Of a DNA stretch of 64,000 bases, positions 43,765-53,246 are shown one piece after another. Positions within the stretch are counted from its first letter, which is position 1; each line of letters opens with the position of its first letter. The DNA is from a virus. Location of the stretch: IMG/VR virus record IMGVR_UViG_3300029121_000001, one strand, 5' to 3'. The translations under genes were made by a program, and so were the position numbers. The notes under the pieces were generated by a model. The model saw nothing but the letters and a program-made list of their open reading frames with translations. It was not told where the DNA came from and made no database searches.

Positions 43765-44922
43765 TCACTCTTTCTTTAAAATTTCTTCTAATTCTTCTAC
43801 TGTAAGAAATTTTTCATCTTGCTTTAGATAGTTAACCCACATAACAAATTTTTGTTCGTCTGTAAGTCTCGGATCTAACAAAAATGCCACTTTTTCATTA
43901 TCTTCTTTGATTTGTTGCTCTGCTTGTCTAGCAATCTCAATCTCTTGAGAATAAAAATCAAGAGTAACAGATTCATCTCCTCTAAATCCATCATTGATAG
44001 CCATTTTATTGGAACCAATAATAGGCTTAGTAAACTTAACTTTGATAAAGTCTATTCCTTGAGTTTGCTTAAGATTCCTAATGTAGTTAATCGTTTCTAT
44101 TGGATCATTTTTGATAATATCATCAAGATAAATAGTCTTATATATATCAGAGATAATCTCTTGATAATCAAGATAATAATATCTCGTATTGATATTATAG
44201 GTCATCAAGATGAAACCTTTTTTATGATCATCATCGAATCTCCATCTATATGGAGATCCGCAATAATAGAAATGATCATCAAATACACCAGGTTTATGAA
44301 CATGGCCTGAAATAATAGGACCTTTACAATTCAAAAAATCTTCAATATGAAAAAGTCTTCCGTTACCAACATTATCTCCAAATACTGCTCCATGAATAGT
44401 ACCATGCATAATGCATAGATCATAAAATCCAGATCCAAAAAGCATATGCTGATAATATTCTTCGGGAATTCCATATAATTCAGGAATGCAAAGAATTCGA
44501 GCATTTTTAACCATTTCAAATCTAATATTAGTCACTATTCTTACATCAACATCTTTTCTTTGCATATAGTGATAATAGATTTTTATTTGGTTAGCATCGT
44601 GTGAAAGAGTTCCTTGTAAAAGAATTAAAGTAGCATTATGAGATTTACAAATTTCGACCAATCGTCCAATAAACATTGAAGCATATAAAGTTGCATCAGA
44701 TGATGTTTGTACTTTATGATCAAATAAATCTCCATTAACACATACAAGATCTAATCTAGGCATAGCTTCGATCTTTTGAAGAAATTGATCTTCCAAGAAA
44801 TTGTATTGTTTTAATGGATCCATTACAGGAAAATGTAAATCTGAAATATGAGCAGTGATTAGAGTTCCTTTATCGATTTCTGCTTTTAAGTTATATTGAG
44901 CAACTTCTTCTTCAATAGTCAT
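43765..44922 (-). CDS. Mre11/SbcD (T4 gp47-like) calcineurin-fold nuclease
   Basis: Phosphoesterase motifs in order: HISDLHF, VNGDLFDH, LLQGTLSHD, IMHGTIHG, ISGHVHKPG. Confidence 0.7.
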   Translation of the reverse strand: MTIEEEVAQYNLKAEIDKGTLITAHISDLHFPVMDPLKQYNFLEDQFLQKIEAMPRLDLVCVNGDLFDHKVQTSSDATLYASMFIGRLVEICKSHNATLILLQGTLSHDANQIKIYYHYMQRKDVDVRIVTNIRFEMVKNARILCIPELYGIPEEYYQHMLFGSGFYDLCIMHGTIHGAVFGDNVGNGRLFHIEDFLNCKGPIISGHVHKPGVFDDHFYYCGSPYRWRFDDDHKKGFILMTYNINTRYYYLDYQEIISDIYKTIYLDDIIKNDPIETINYIRNLKQTQGIDFIKVKFTKPIIGSNKMAINDGFRGDESVTLDFYSQEIEIARQAEQQIKEDNEKVAFLLDPRLTDEQKFVMWVNYLKQDEKFLTVEELEEILKKE

Positions 44923-44935
44923 TCTAATCTATCCT

Positions 44936-45163
44936 TTATCGAGTTTTTCTAATTTCTTTTCTAACAATATCAGAAATCATATTTCTGATATCAGGATCAC
45001 TTTTAATAAGATCCGGTAAATATGCTTTAATAGCAATATCAAATGCATATTTAGGAATTGCATATTGTTTGAAAAAATGTCCATTGAATTGAGGAATAGG
45101 TACATTGATTATAAATTTATCATGACCAATCATGTACTGTACTCTAGGTTCGATATCTTCCAT
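44936..45163 (-). CDS. hypothetical protein (75 aa)
   Basis: ORF with an AAAGGAATAATTATAAA ATG context. Confidence 0.6.
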   Translation of the reverse strand: MEDIEPRVQYMIGHDKFIINVPIPQFNGHFFKQYAIPKYAFDIAIKAYLPDLIKSDPDIRNMISDIVRKEIRKTR

Positions 45164-45181
45164 TTTATAATTATTCCTTTC

Positions 45182-45433
45182 TTAAGATGATGAATCTCCA
45201 CTATCACCGCTACTACTATGAGCTTCTACAAATGTTGTAAGAGCTTCAATAAGGTTAGGGCAAGATTCGAGATAAATAGGAAAATATGTATCAGCAATTG
45301 TTTTCATATCTTCTAATGTAATATGAAAATCCATTTGCATAAGCTTAGTGCTATCATATGATACTAGATGAACACCATCTTCTCTACATTCGATATTTCC
45401 AGTAGATGTAAATCGAATAATTTTAGGTTTCAT
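45182..45433 (-). CDS. hypothetical protein (83 aa)
   Basis: GAGAAAGGATTAAAATT ATG context. Confidence 0.6.
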   Translation of the reverse strand: MKPKIIRFTSTGNIECREDGVHLVSYDSTKLMQMDFHITLEDMKTIADTYFPIYLESCPNLIEALTTFVEAHSSSGDSGDSSS

Positions 45434-45459
45434 AATTTTAATCCTTTCTCGGATTTATA

Positions 45460-46206
45460 TTACTTTTTTAATTTACGTTTTGCTTCTTCTCTAAGAGTAT
45501 AAAAAATAGCATTGAGTAATAATGCAGTAATACTTCCTAGAGCAATAGGAATAATAAACTTAAGAAACCAATTAGTCCAAGTTATATTACTGATTCTATC
45601 AACAGGTAGCTGTGATGCTTCAATCAATGCCAGATTTGCTTGAGCATATATACACAAAGGATATATTGCAATTCTAGCAAGATCATCAATGACATTGAAG
45701 ATGTGTAAAATAGATATAAAAATAGCAGAAACTATTGTGAGTATCTTAAATTTTGTCTTTGATTCTGTAAAAAGACAGATTGCTACAATTCCTGTACAAG
45801 TATACAGAGTAGTGCCCATAATTAGTCTAAATAGACTAATATCAGTTGTAAGAATACCAGTTTTGAGTATTACAGAACCTACCCAGTAATCTTCTTTGTT
45901 AAGAAAACCACTGAAATAATTAATAGCTGGCATAACAATATAGACTATATTAAAGGATGCAATAACATCTAGAGCAGATGTCAGAGGTTTATTGCTAGAA
46001 ATACCTATGATGAGAAAAGCAATGAATGGAACCATCAATAGAATTATTTCACATAACATCATTACTGCTGTTCTGCTTTGACAATTAGCTCTGAAAATAA
46101 TATAATCTTTAGCATAATTATATATCATAGAGATTATATATCCAACAGAAAATAATGCTATACCAGCATAGAAATCATCATATGATCTTTTTGATGTACT
46201 ATTCAT
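45460..46206 (-). CDS. polytopic integral membrane protein (248 aa, about 7 hydrophobic helices)
   Basis: Repeated hydrophobic stretches of about 20 aa (IALFSVGYIISMIY, VMMLCEIILLMVPFIAFLIIG, ..). Confidence 0.75.
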   Translation of the reverse strand: MNSTSKRSYDDFYAGIALFSVGYIISMIYNYAKDYIIFRANCQSRTAVMMLCEIILLMVPFIAFLIIGISSNKPLTSALDVIASFNIVYIVMPAINYFSGFLNKEDYWVGSVILKTGILTTDISLFRLIMGTTLYTCTGIVAICLFTESKTKFKILTIVSAIFISILHIFNVIDDLARIAIYPLCIYAQANLALIEASQLPVDRISNITWTNWFLKFIIPIALGSITALLLNAIFYTLREEAKRKLKK

Positions 46207-46207
46207 T

Positions 46208-46453
46208 TTATAATTCTCCTTTGATTAAATTTCTATTTTGATCTAATAATTTTAGATATTCATCTATATTATCAGATCTTTCATAATTCTTAATTTGCAT
46301 ATATAGATTAGCGATAATCAATCTATGATCAAATGAATGATTAATAAAATTTTTATCATTCATAATACTTTCTACTTCATTAGAAGCTTTATGCCAATCA
46401 ATAGTAAAAGCTTCAGTGTATTTAGGATTCCATTTCTTTTTAAAAGGTTTCAT
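46208..46453 (-). CDS. hypothetical protein (81 aa)
   Basis: AAAGGAGGTGATAAATT ATG start. Confidence 0.7.
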   Translation of the reverse strand: MKPFKKKWNPKYTEAFTIDWHKASNEVESIMNDKNFINHSFDHRLIIANLYMQIKNYERSDNIDEYLKLLDQNRNLIKGEL

Positions 46454-46544
46454 AATTTATCACCTCCTTTATATTTTTAAAAAATAATAAAAAAGAATCA
46501 GATATTATTATCTTGAGATAATAATATAATATCTCCTTAGACTT

Positions 46545-47099
46545 TTAATATCTTTTAGCAAACTCAGTTGCTTTTTCTTCTTCTGTTAATTTATTCTCAT
46601 ATAAGAAATCTCTTAGTGTATCAATAAGAATTTCTTTACATTTATTCTCTGCTCTTCTTTGAGAAGATTGTACAGTATCTGCAGATGAAAGTTGAATTAT
46701 ATTTCTTCCAGTATTAATATCAAATATGGTGAAAGAAATATTAGTAGCAATGATTTCTATAATGATATTCGTATTTCTTTTTTCATCATAGAAATAAATA
46801 GGATAAAAATTCTTAGGATTATAATTATCAGGATCATAACTAGGAATTGTTATATTCACCATATAATCTTTAAGATCTTTATAAAAAACAAAAAACATTC
46901 TTTCAAGATCATAAAGATATTGAATATCCCATACGTCCTTATATACAATATCAGAAATAGCAGTGTTTAATTGTTCTTCCAATTCCTTTGCTTTCTTTTT
47001 TGATCTAAATCTAAACCATCCAAGAGGTTTTTCTAATTCTCTCTTTAATTCATGTAACGTATTACATGATTGAATAAGATTAATTAAATAAAAATTCAT
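46545..47099 (-). CDS. hypothetical protein (184 aa)
   Basis: Start moved to the ATG at 47099, after GGAAGGAG. Confidence 0.7.
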   Translation of the reverse strand: MNFYLINLIQSCNTLHELKRELEKPLGWFRFRSKKKAKELEEQLNTAISDIVYKDVWDIQYLYDLERMFFVFYKDLKDYMVNITIPSYDPDNYNPKNFYPIYFYDEKRNTNIIIEIIATNISFTIFDINTGRNIIQLSSADTVQSSQRRAENKCKEILIDTLRDFLYENKLTEEEKATEFAKRY

Positions 47100-47194
47100 A
47101 TGTTCTACTCCTTCCAAAATTGATATGATTATTAAAAGAGTTTTTTACATAATGAAAATATATTGAGGTATTACTGTAGTAATACCTCAAATTT

Positions 47195-47956
47195 TTATTT
47201 TTTAATAATTTCTTGATATTGTATCATAGTATACATTCTCATTTTAAATGCTGTTAATAGAACCATAAAAGTTTGTTCACAATCATTGATATAATCTTTA
47301 TCTCTTTCATTTGATAGATTAAATTCTTGAGTTTCATAGCAATGATTATTTTTATCTACTCTAAGAACCATTGCTTTATTAATATCAATTCCTCTTTCAT
47401 TTTTCAAAAGATATCTATAAGCAGCTAATTGTAATGAATATTTATAATTCATATGATTAGAAGTTTTAAAGTCAATTAGCCAATATTGATTATCTACTTT
47501 AAGAAGACAATCACATGTACCTCCAAAATATTCATTAATCATAGTTTCTTCTAGATATATTACATCTATTTTCTTATATTCAGTATGTATAAATTCCCAC
47601 CATTGAATAAATCCATCTAAACATGATTCTACAGAATCTCTAATTTTCTGATTAGGAATTTGTAAATCAATATCTAAATCTACATTTCCTTTTCTTAAAA
47701 ATTTCTCTATTGCTAAATGAGAATAAGTTCCTTTATCTTGAGCATCTTTCATAAATGCCTTATAAGATATTCTTTTCCATCCTAATCCATTAGCCCAATT
47801 CATTAGACTATCTTCATGTAGCATAGATGATAGAATCTCTGTAACTCTAGGAACTCTTTTATCATCAATTTCATAATTACTTTTAGTATTATTTCTAATT
47901 TCTATATCTTTAATTTTTTCTAATATTTCTCTTATTTGATCATTAGTAAAAATCAT
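47195..47956 (-). CDS. PD-(D/E)XK nuclease (Cas4/RecB-nuclease-domain-like exonuclease)
   Basis: GTYSHLAIE .. GGTCDCLLKVDNQYWLIDFKTSN .. QLAAYRYLL matches the D..(D/E)xK and QxxxY layout. Confidence 0.65.
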   Translation of the reverse strand: MIFTNDQIREILEKIKDIEIRNNTKSNYEIDDKRVPRVTEILSSMLHEDSLMNWANGLGWKRISYKAFMKDAQDKGTYSHLAIEKFLRKGNVDLDIDLQIPNQKIRDSVESCLDGFIQWWEFIHTEYKKIDVIYLEETMINEYFGGTCDCLLKVDNQYWLIDFKTSNHMNYKYSLQLAAYRYLLKNERGIDINKAMVLRVDKNNHCYETQEFNLSNERDKDYINDCEQTFMVLLTAFKMRMYTMIQYQEIIKK

Positions 47957-48069
47957 TTAAATAAATTCCTCTCTTGAATTAATTATTTTTTACTTATCAG
48001 TTTTTCAAATTTTAAAAGGCGAAACCTTTTAAATTCCCCCATTGCATAAGTATTTTAATATTGTAATGA

Positions 48070-48103
48070 GTGAATACATTTTACGTATGTGAAATGTATT
48101 CAC
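48070..48103. repeat. perfect 12-bp inverted repeat GTGAATACATTT (10-nt spacer) AAATGTATTCAC
   Basis: Read directly. Lies in the 460-bp ORF-free intergenic region. Confidence 0.85.
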
Positions 48104-48198
48104 AATACAAAATGATGTTAAATGTATTACGATATAGAGTAGGTTAAGACAAGTAGCTATTATATTTCGGAAGTATATTTATTGAAACTATCTTAGAG

Positions 48199-48268
48199 AT
48201 GATTAATGGTAATTTATGACATTAATGATTAAGGTTAAGATGATTATGATTAATATGATTTATGGTAA
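48199..48268. repeat. iteron-like cluster: three ATGATT[AT]A[TG]GKTAA 14-mers plus two extra ATGATTA units
   Basis: ATGATTAATGGTAA (48199-48212), ATGATTAAGGTTAA (48225-48238), ATGATTATGATTAAT (48240-48254), ATGATTTATGGTAA (48255-48268). Confidence 0.7.
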
Positions 48269-48312
48269 GAAGTACAGAAAAGTCTTTTAATATTTTTTAA
48301 TATTACAATATT

Positions 48313-48361
48313 AAAATACCCAATTGAATTTTTTTTTACTTGGCAAAAAATTGGGTATTTT
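48313..48361. repeat. 13-bp inverted repeat AAAATACCCAATT (23-nt spacer) AATTGGGTATTTT
   Basis: Read directly. Same intergenic region. Confidence 0.8.
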
Positions 48362-48367
48362 TGACAC

Positions 48368-48410
48368 TTTTTGAAAATAAAATCTCTATGGGAATAAAAC
48401 CCATAGAGAT
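48368..48410 (-). terminator. rho-independent terminator after the 48420 gene
   Basis: Stem ATCTCTATGGG / CCCATAGAGAT, then TTTTATTTTC on the minus strand. Confidence 0.8.
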
Positions 48411-48419
48411 TATTTAAAA

Positions 48420-49559
48420 TTAATCTAGTTGATCAAGAGCATCATAGTCTACAAAGATACCATAAGATCTCTTATGCAGACGCTTTTTAGCAAGAATATC
48501 GCGGAGTTCTTCATACTCAGCTTTAACTTCAATCCAATGATCGATATCGGGATCATCTTGATTTTCCCTGATGTAGTCAGCAAGAATAGTAAGTCTAGCA
48601 TTAATCTGCTTAAGAGCATACATAACTTCTTGCTCACCTTCAGCATTCTTAGCACGAATCTGGAATTCGTAGAGATCATTCTCAAGATCTCTCAAACCAG
48701 TATACTTTAGATATGCTAGTAGTCCACCTTTTTCATTTAGTGCACTATTAACAGCTTCTGTTACATAAGCATCTGTATCAATTCTATTAAGAGAATTAAT
48801 CATAGCATCAATTCTCTTAATATATAGATTAGAAGCCGTAATATCCTTAGCTTTTCTCAAAAGATGAAGAGCAGCAGGACGTTCATCATTTACGTTAGAA
48901 TAAAGTCTTAGTGACCAATTCAGCATAGATAGATTTGGAGCTCTAGTAGCTTCATTTTCACATCCAGGAATTTCATTATAAAGCTTATCAATGGCAGATT
49001 TGAAAGATCCGTACTCAAAGTCAAGAGATTCAAGATAAGCATCTTCATCAATATCATCAGGAAGATATAGACAAGAAGTTATCTTACATAGAGCATCTGC
49101 GATACCAAAAGACAGAATAGTCTTATACTGAACAGAATCTCTAATAATAAGCTGAGTATTTTCATCACAGAAGAAATTATCAATATATTCTCTAATCACT
49201 TCACAGGGACGAGTACCACTGATTAGATGGAAAATATTGAATAGAAGAATTTGTGTAATCTCCTCATCTGTAAGACCATAATCAAACATTTTAGAATCAA
49301 TCTCACACTTATATTCTTTAATGGTAACTTCATCACCAGTAATTAGAAAAGCATTAACATTGATATCTGCAAGTGTAGGTAGCACAATACATCCAAAAGG
49401 AAGCTTATCTACATTATTTGTGTAAATGACTTCTTTACACTTTCCGATTGGAAGAATATAATTTAAATCTTGTCTAATAGATTCTACATCTTCCTTACTA
49501 TTAATAAGATCACGGAGTTTACCAATATCACTAATTAGATTCTCAATCTTAGCATCCAT
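48420..49559 (-). CDS. hypothetical protein (379 aa)
   Basis: AAAGGAGAAAACACTC ATG start. Long ORF. Confidence 0.8.
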   Translation of the reverse strand: MDAKIENLISDIGKLRDLINSKEDVESIRQDLNYILPIGKCKEVIYTNNVDKLPFGCIVLPTLADINVNAFLITGDEVTIKEYKCEIDSKMFDYGLTDEEITQILLFNIFHLISGTRPCEVIREYIDNFFCDENTQLIIRDSVQYKTILSFGIADALCKITSCLYLPDDIDEDAYLESLDFEYGSFKSAIDKLYNEIPGCENEATRAPNLSMLNWSLRLYSNVNDERPAALHLLRKAKDITASNLYIKRIDAMINSLNRIDTDAYVTEAVNSALNEKGGLLAYLKYTGLRDLENDLYEFQIRAKNAEGEQEVMYALKQINARLTILADYIRENQDDPDIDHWIEVKAEYEELRDILAKKRLHKRSYGIFVDYDALDQLD

Positions 49560-49573
49560 GAGTGTTTTCTCCT

Positions 49574-50728
49574 TTATTCATTCTTAGTATAATTTGCAAA
49601 GAATGTTACGTTACCAGTAGATCCAGAAGGAATATACTCAGGATCCCAATGATCAAATTTATATCCATCCTTTACAGGATTACCAGGATAATAATCTTCA
49701 TCTTCAATAGTATAACAATCTTTAGCAAACATTAGAGATCCATCATCAAGCATATAATTAATATCATATGCAATAGGAATATAAATAAATGTATAAATGA
49801 TATCCTTATTATTTATCTCAACAGATTCAGTTTCAGCAATATATCCAGGAACATTATTCGGATAAACAATATTTCCGGGACACTCACTAGAAATCCAATT
49901 CTTAAGCTCCTTACCAGAAGAAGACATATATACAATATTTACATTCCATTTATACCAATCAGGAGTTCTTCCAGCGTTAAATGCACTTGTACCAATAAAT
50001 GCATCTGTAATATCTTTGAACTTTCCTCCATGTCCCCAATCATTCACTGCTTGAACATCGGAAAGTAGAGTACAATCTTTAAATAGGCTATTGACATCTA
50101 CATCTTCTCCGCATACAAAAGATTGTAAAGCAGAGATATCATATAGACTTGTCATACCTTCAAATGCATGACTCATATCTTTATTACAATGAATTGCATC
50201 ATCACAATAAATAGCAATAATTCCATGAGTATAATATGCATAAATAGAGGTATGAGTACTAGAAATATCGAGGTATTCAGTAGTATTTCCAATAGAATCT
50301 ACTAGATTAATACCAATAATATTTTCTAGACCATTTGCAAGCATATTAAATGCATTATTAATCTCATTACCTGTAACAAGAATGGGAAGTTCTTTCCAAG
50401 TAGCATTAAAAGTAATATTTCCAATAGATCCAGAAGGAATAGACTTAGGCTCCCATCCATTGAAATAGAATCCTTCTTTTTCAGGAATAGGAGGAGTATA
50501 ATCTTCATCTTCAATAGTATAGGTTCTCTTAATAGATTTTTCATCAAGGGAACCACCATCCAGATTATAATCAATGGTATATTCTATTGGAGTATAAACA
50601 AATTGAAACTGTTGCCCATCTTCAGTAAGAACTTGTCCTTCAGGAGCAGTATATCCAGGAATTTTCTTAGGAAGAACAATAGTATCTTTTTCTGCCATAG
50701 AGCAGAATTCACCAATAATCTTATTCAT
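49574..50728 (-). CDS. fibre/adhesin-like protein: two Listeria-Bacteroides repeat (Flg_new-type) domains flanking a BspA-type LRR-like segment
   Basis: YTIDYNLDGGSLDE..YTIEDEDYTPPIPEKEGFYFNGWEP and YDINYMLDDGSL..YTIEDEDYYPGNPVKDGYKFDHWDP. Central segment: ..FEGMTSLYDISALQSF..FKDCTLLSDVQAV. Confidence 0.7.
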   Translation of the reverse strand: MNKIIGEFCSMAEKDTIVLPKKIPGYTAPEGQVLTEDGQQFQFVYTPIEYTIDYNLDGGSLDEKSIKRTYTIEDEDYTPPIPEKEGFYFNGWEPKSIPSGSIGNITFNATWKELPILVTGNEINNAFNMLANGLENIIGINLVDSIGNTTEYLDISSTHTSIYAYYTHGIIAIYCDDAIHCNKDMSHAFEGMTSLYDISALQSFVCGEDVDVNSLFKDCTLLSDVQAVNDWGHGGKFKDITDAFIGTSAFNAGRTPDWYKWNVNIVYMSSSGKELKNWISSECPGNIVYPNNVPGYIAETESVEINNKDIIYTFIYIPIAYDINYMLDDGSLMFAKDCYTIEDEDYYPGNPVKDGYKFDHWDPEYIPSGSTGNVTFFANYTKNE

Positions 50729-50730
50729 TA

Positions 50731-51663
50731 TTAACCTCCAATAGATTCACCAGTAGAGGAAACACATGTAGCATAATAAGCAAGAGCAGTTTTACTATTA
50801 TTATATTCAAACCAAGCAAATAAAGTCATATTACCATTAGGCTTATATTTGGTAGGATCTATAATAGTTGCAGCAATCTTACTAGTACTCCATCCCTTAA
50901 ATGTAAATCTAGCATCTTTCCAAGAAGGATCAGCAATCTTACCGATTGTATCTCCATCTTTAATAGAGATATCTTTAGGAAGCACTAGGTCAGTAATTCC
51001 TTCTTCATTGGATTCAAAACTGATAATAAAGTTATCACTACCAGTTAGATCTAGTTTAATATTATAAGTACCTTGGTCATAATTTTTTAGTACATATACG
51101 TCATATGCGACATAGCTACCAGCTGTAGAATTCATTGCATATACACGATCTTCAATTGTATATTCAATTGCCTTATTAGTATCATTATTCTTAAAAGTCG
51201 CATTATAGTTAATAGGCACATAGAAGCAAGGATAATATCCTTCTGCGACATTCATTTTAATAACATCAGAATCTGTCGTTACATTTTGGCCAATCAATAG
51301 ATAATTCTTAGATGTATCATAAGAATCAATAAGTCCATAATAAACATAGCTGGTGGTAGACTTACTACCACCTTCTGCATCTTCAGTCGCTGTAATTACA
51401 TAATACCAATGATTCTCTTCTCTGTCTTTTACAGGAGGAATAGTCTGTTCAGTTACAATATGAATGACTGCAGATCCATCTTGAATCTCTTTAATACTTT
51501 CTCTTATATTGCCTGTGATATTAATATATCCATTATCTTTTTTGATATATAGATCTTCATTATCTATATCAACAACCAATTCATGATTTTGATGATTGTT
51601 TTTATTTTTAAATTCATCAAGCACGATTGGAATTCTGGCAATATACTTGTCATTATCAGCCAT
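50731..51663 (-). CDS. fibre-like structural protein with C-terminal Listeria-Bacteroides repeat-like domain (310 aa)
   Basis: ..KDGDTIGKIADPSWKDARFTFKGWSTS..GNMTLFAWFEY. AAAGGAGGCTAAGCAC ATG start. Confidence 0.65.
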   Translation of the reverse strand: MADNDKYIARIPIVLDEFKNKNNHQNHELVVDIDNEDLYIKKDNGYINITGNIRESIKEIQDGSAVIHIVTEQTIPPVKDREENHWYYVITATEDAEGGSKSTTSYVYYGLIDSYDTSKNYLLIGQNVTTDSDVIKMNVAEGYYPCFYVPINYNATFKNNDTNKAIEYTIEDRVYAMNSTAGSYVAYDVYVLKNYDQGTYNIKLDLTGSDNFIISFESNEEGITDLVLPKDISIKDGDTIGKIADPSWKDARFTFKGWSTSKIAATIIDPTKYKPNGNMTLFAWFEYNNSKTALAYYATCVSSTGESIGG

Positions 51664-51715
51664 GTGCTTAGCCTCCTTTTATAAAAAATAAGTAGCACCA
51701 TTAATATTAAGTTTT

Positions 51716-51758
51716 GCAGAGCCAAATAAAAGGTGGAGAGGAGTCAATCCTCTCCACC
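51716..51758 (-). terminator. rho-independent terminator after the small acidic ORF
   Basis: 11-bp stem GGTGGAGAGGA / TCCTCTCCACC, then TTTTATTTGG on the minus strand. Confidence 0.8.
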
Positions 51759-51764
51759 AGTGTT

Positions 51765-51890
51765 TTACTCAGCAGCAGACTCTGCAACAACCTTCTGATC
51801 TTCATCGCTCAGAACATCTGCTCCAAGACCCAGATCACCCTGTTCGGTAATCACAGAATACTTTGCATCAGTAGACTTTTCAGTACACAT
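51765..51890 (-). CDS. small acidic protein (41 aa, MCTEKSTDAKYSVITEQGDLGLGADVLSDEDQKVVAESAAE)
   Basis: TGGAGGTAGATATT ATG start. G/C-rich codon usage. Own terminator. Below the ORF-track cut-off. Confidence 0.55.
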   Translation of the reverse strand: MCTEKSTDAKYSVITEQGDLGLGADVLSDEDQKVVAESAAE

Positions 51891-51931
51891 AATATCTACC
51901 TCCATTTATAGATTATAATAAAGTGAATAGT

Positions 51932-52852
51932 TTAACTTCTCACGATATCATAAATTTTTTCAAGTTCAGATACATAGTAACGAATCTGTTCAACAAGAGT
52001 TTCGTTAATATCATTATTAAAGTCAATTGCTAGAGTAGAATAATATAGCATCTTCTTGAAGATATCATCAACAAGTTTTTTACCATACTTATCCTTGCCA
52101 TACTTAGCAATCATCTTATTATAAGCTTGATTGCACAGCTGTAGATATTGCATCTGCGTCTGAACAAGTTGATTCATATAAGCAGTATTGCTATAAATAT
52201 TAGCAATATCTTCTTTATAAACCATCAGAACAGTTTCAAGTCTCTGATTCTTATAATCCTTGCACAGAAGTACAGGCTTAGTGTGAGAAATATATTCATA
52301 GCTATGATATACATCTTCGACATCTTTCATCAAAGAATCATACATACCTTGGAAATCATGCTTCTTATTATCAGAAACATTATTAACATATTCCATAATT
52401 TTATCAATTTCATTGATAAAATATTCAGAGTTATATGCTAGCAGATCAGGAGTGATCTTATACATCTTGCGAGGATCTTTAGTATCTTTAAGAACAGCTG
52501 TCTTAGTAGTAGCATTAACCTTATCATTACGATGCTTAAAACGAGCCATCTTATCATTCTTGAGCATATCATCTACCTTAGCGTAGATATCATTAAGCTC
52601 TTTAGTTTGATCAAGAATTTTTTGTACATTAATACTATACTTATTCTTGATATAAGCCATCATCATTGTAATGATAGCAGCAACTGTCATACCAGCAAAG
52701 AGAGCAACATCAGATTCTTGAAGATACTTCTTAGTATCTTCAGACTGACAAGCTTCCTTACATGCTTGAAGAATCATATCACATTGAGTACTAGTGAGAC
52801 CATTCTCAACCATATACTCTTTCAGGGGCTCATTAGGCATACGGAATACCAT
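51932..52852 (-). CDS. hypothetical protein with one predicted TM helix (306 aa)
   Basis: TAAGGAGGAATTATAA ATG start. Hydrophobic segment VALFAGMTVAAIITMMMAYI. Confidence 0.8.
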   Translation of the reverse strand: MVFRMPNEPLKEYMVENGLTSTQCDMILQACKEACQSEDTKKYLQESDVALFAGMTVAAIITMMMAYIKNKYSINVQKILDQTKELNDIYAKVDDMLKNDKMARFKHRNDKVNATTKTAVLKDTKDPRKMYKITPDLLAYNSEYFINEIDKIMEYVNNVSDNKKHDFQGMYDSLMKDVEDVYHSYEYISHTKPVLLCKDYKNQRLETVLMVYKEDIANIYSNTAYMNQLVQTQMQYLQLCNQAYNKMIAKYGKDKYGKKLVDDIFKKMLYYSTLAIDFNNDINETLVEQIRYYVSELEKIYDIVRS

Positions 52853-52871
52853 TTATAATTCCTCCTTAAAA

Positions 52872-53246
52872 TTAAAAGTGTTTAGTTCTATAAGAACTTT
52901 TCTTTTTAATCATTTGTCTGCATTTAGTACAAATATTTTGAATATAATCAATCTCAAGTTGAGCTTTTAGACGATCATATTTATCTTTAGCAGATTTCTT
53001 TTCTTCTTTTGCTTTAGAAAGTTCATCAATCTTTTTAGATAAAGTAGATTGAAGTCTATCAATATTATAATCAGAAACAGATAGACAAAAAGCATTATAC
53101 TTTTTATCATACATGAGTTCGAGATCAGAAATGTCATCTCTTCTCTTATCATATTCTTCTATCTTATCTCTAATTCCTTCTTGTAGATAGTCAAATCTCA
53201 TAAGATATGACCTCCAATTAGTTATTAAGTTCTTCATATCTATCAT
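52872..53246 (-). CDS. hypothetical coiled-coil protein (124 aa)
   Basis: ORF overlapping the upstream gene end. Charged heptad-like sequence. Confidence 0.65.
   Translation of the reverse strand: MIDMKNLITNWRSYLMRFDYLQEGIRDKIEEYDKRRDDISDLELMYDKKYNAFCLSVSDYNIDRLQSTLSKKIDELSKAKEEKKSAKDKYDRLKAQLEIDYIQNICTKCRQMIKKKSSYRTKHF

Noticed and set aside
48199-48268. Possible CRISPR-like array in the repeat cluster.
   Set aside because: The units are only 7-14 nt, degenerate, and separated by 12-16 nt rather than by unique spacers of about 30 nt. There are no cas genes. They fit iterons or operators better.
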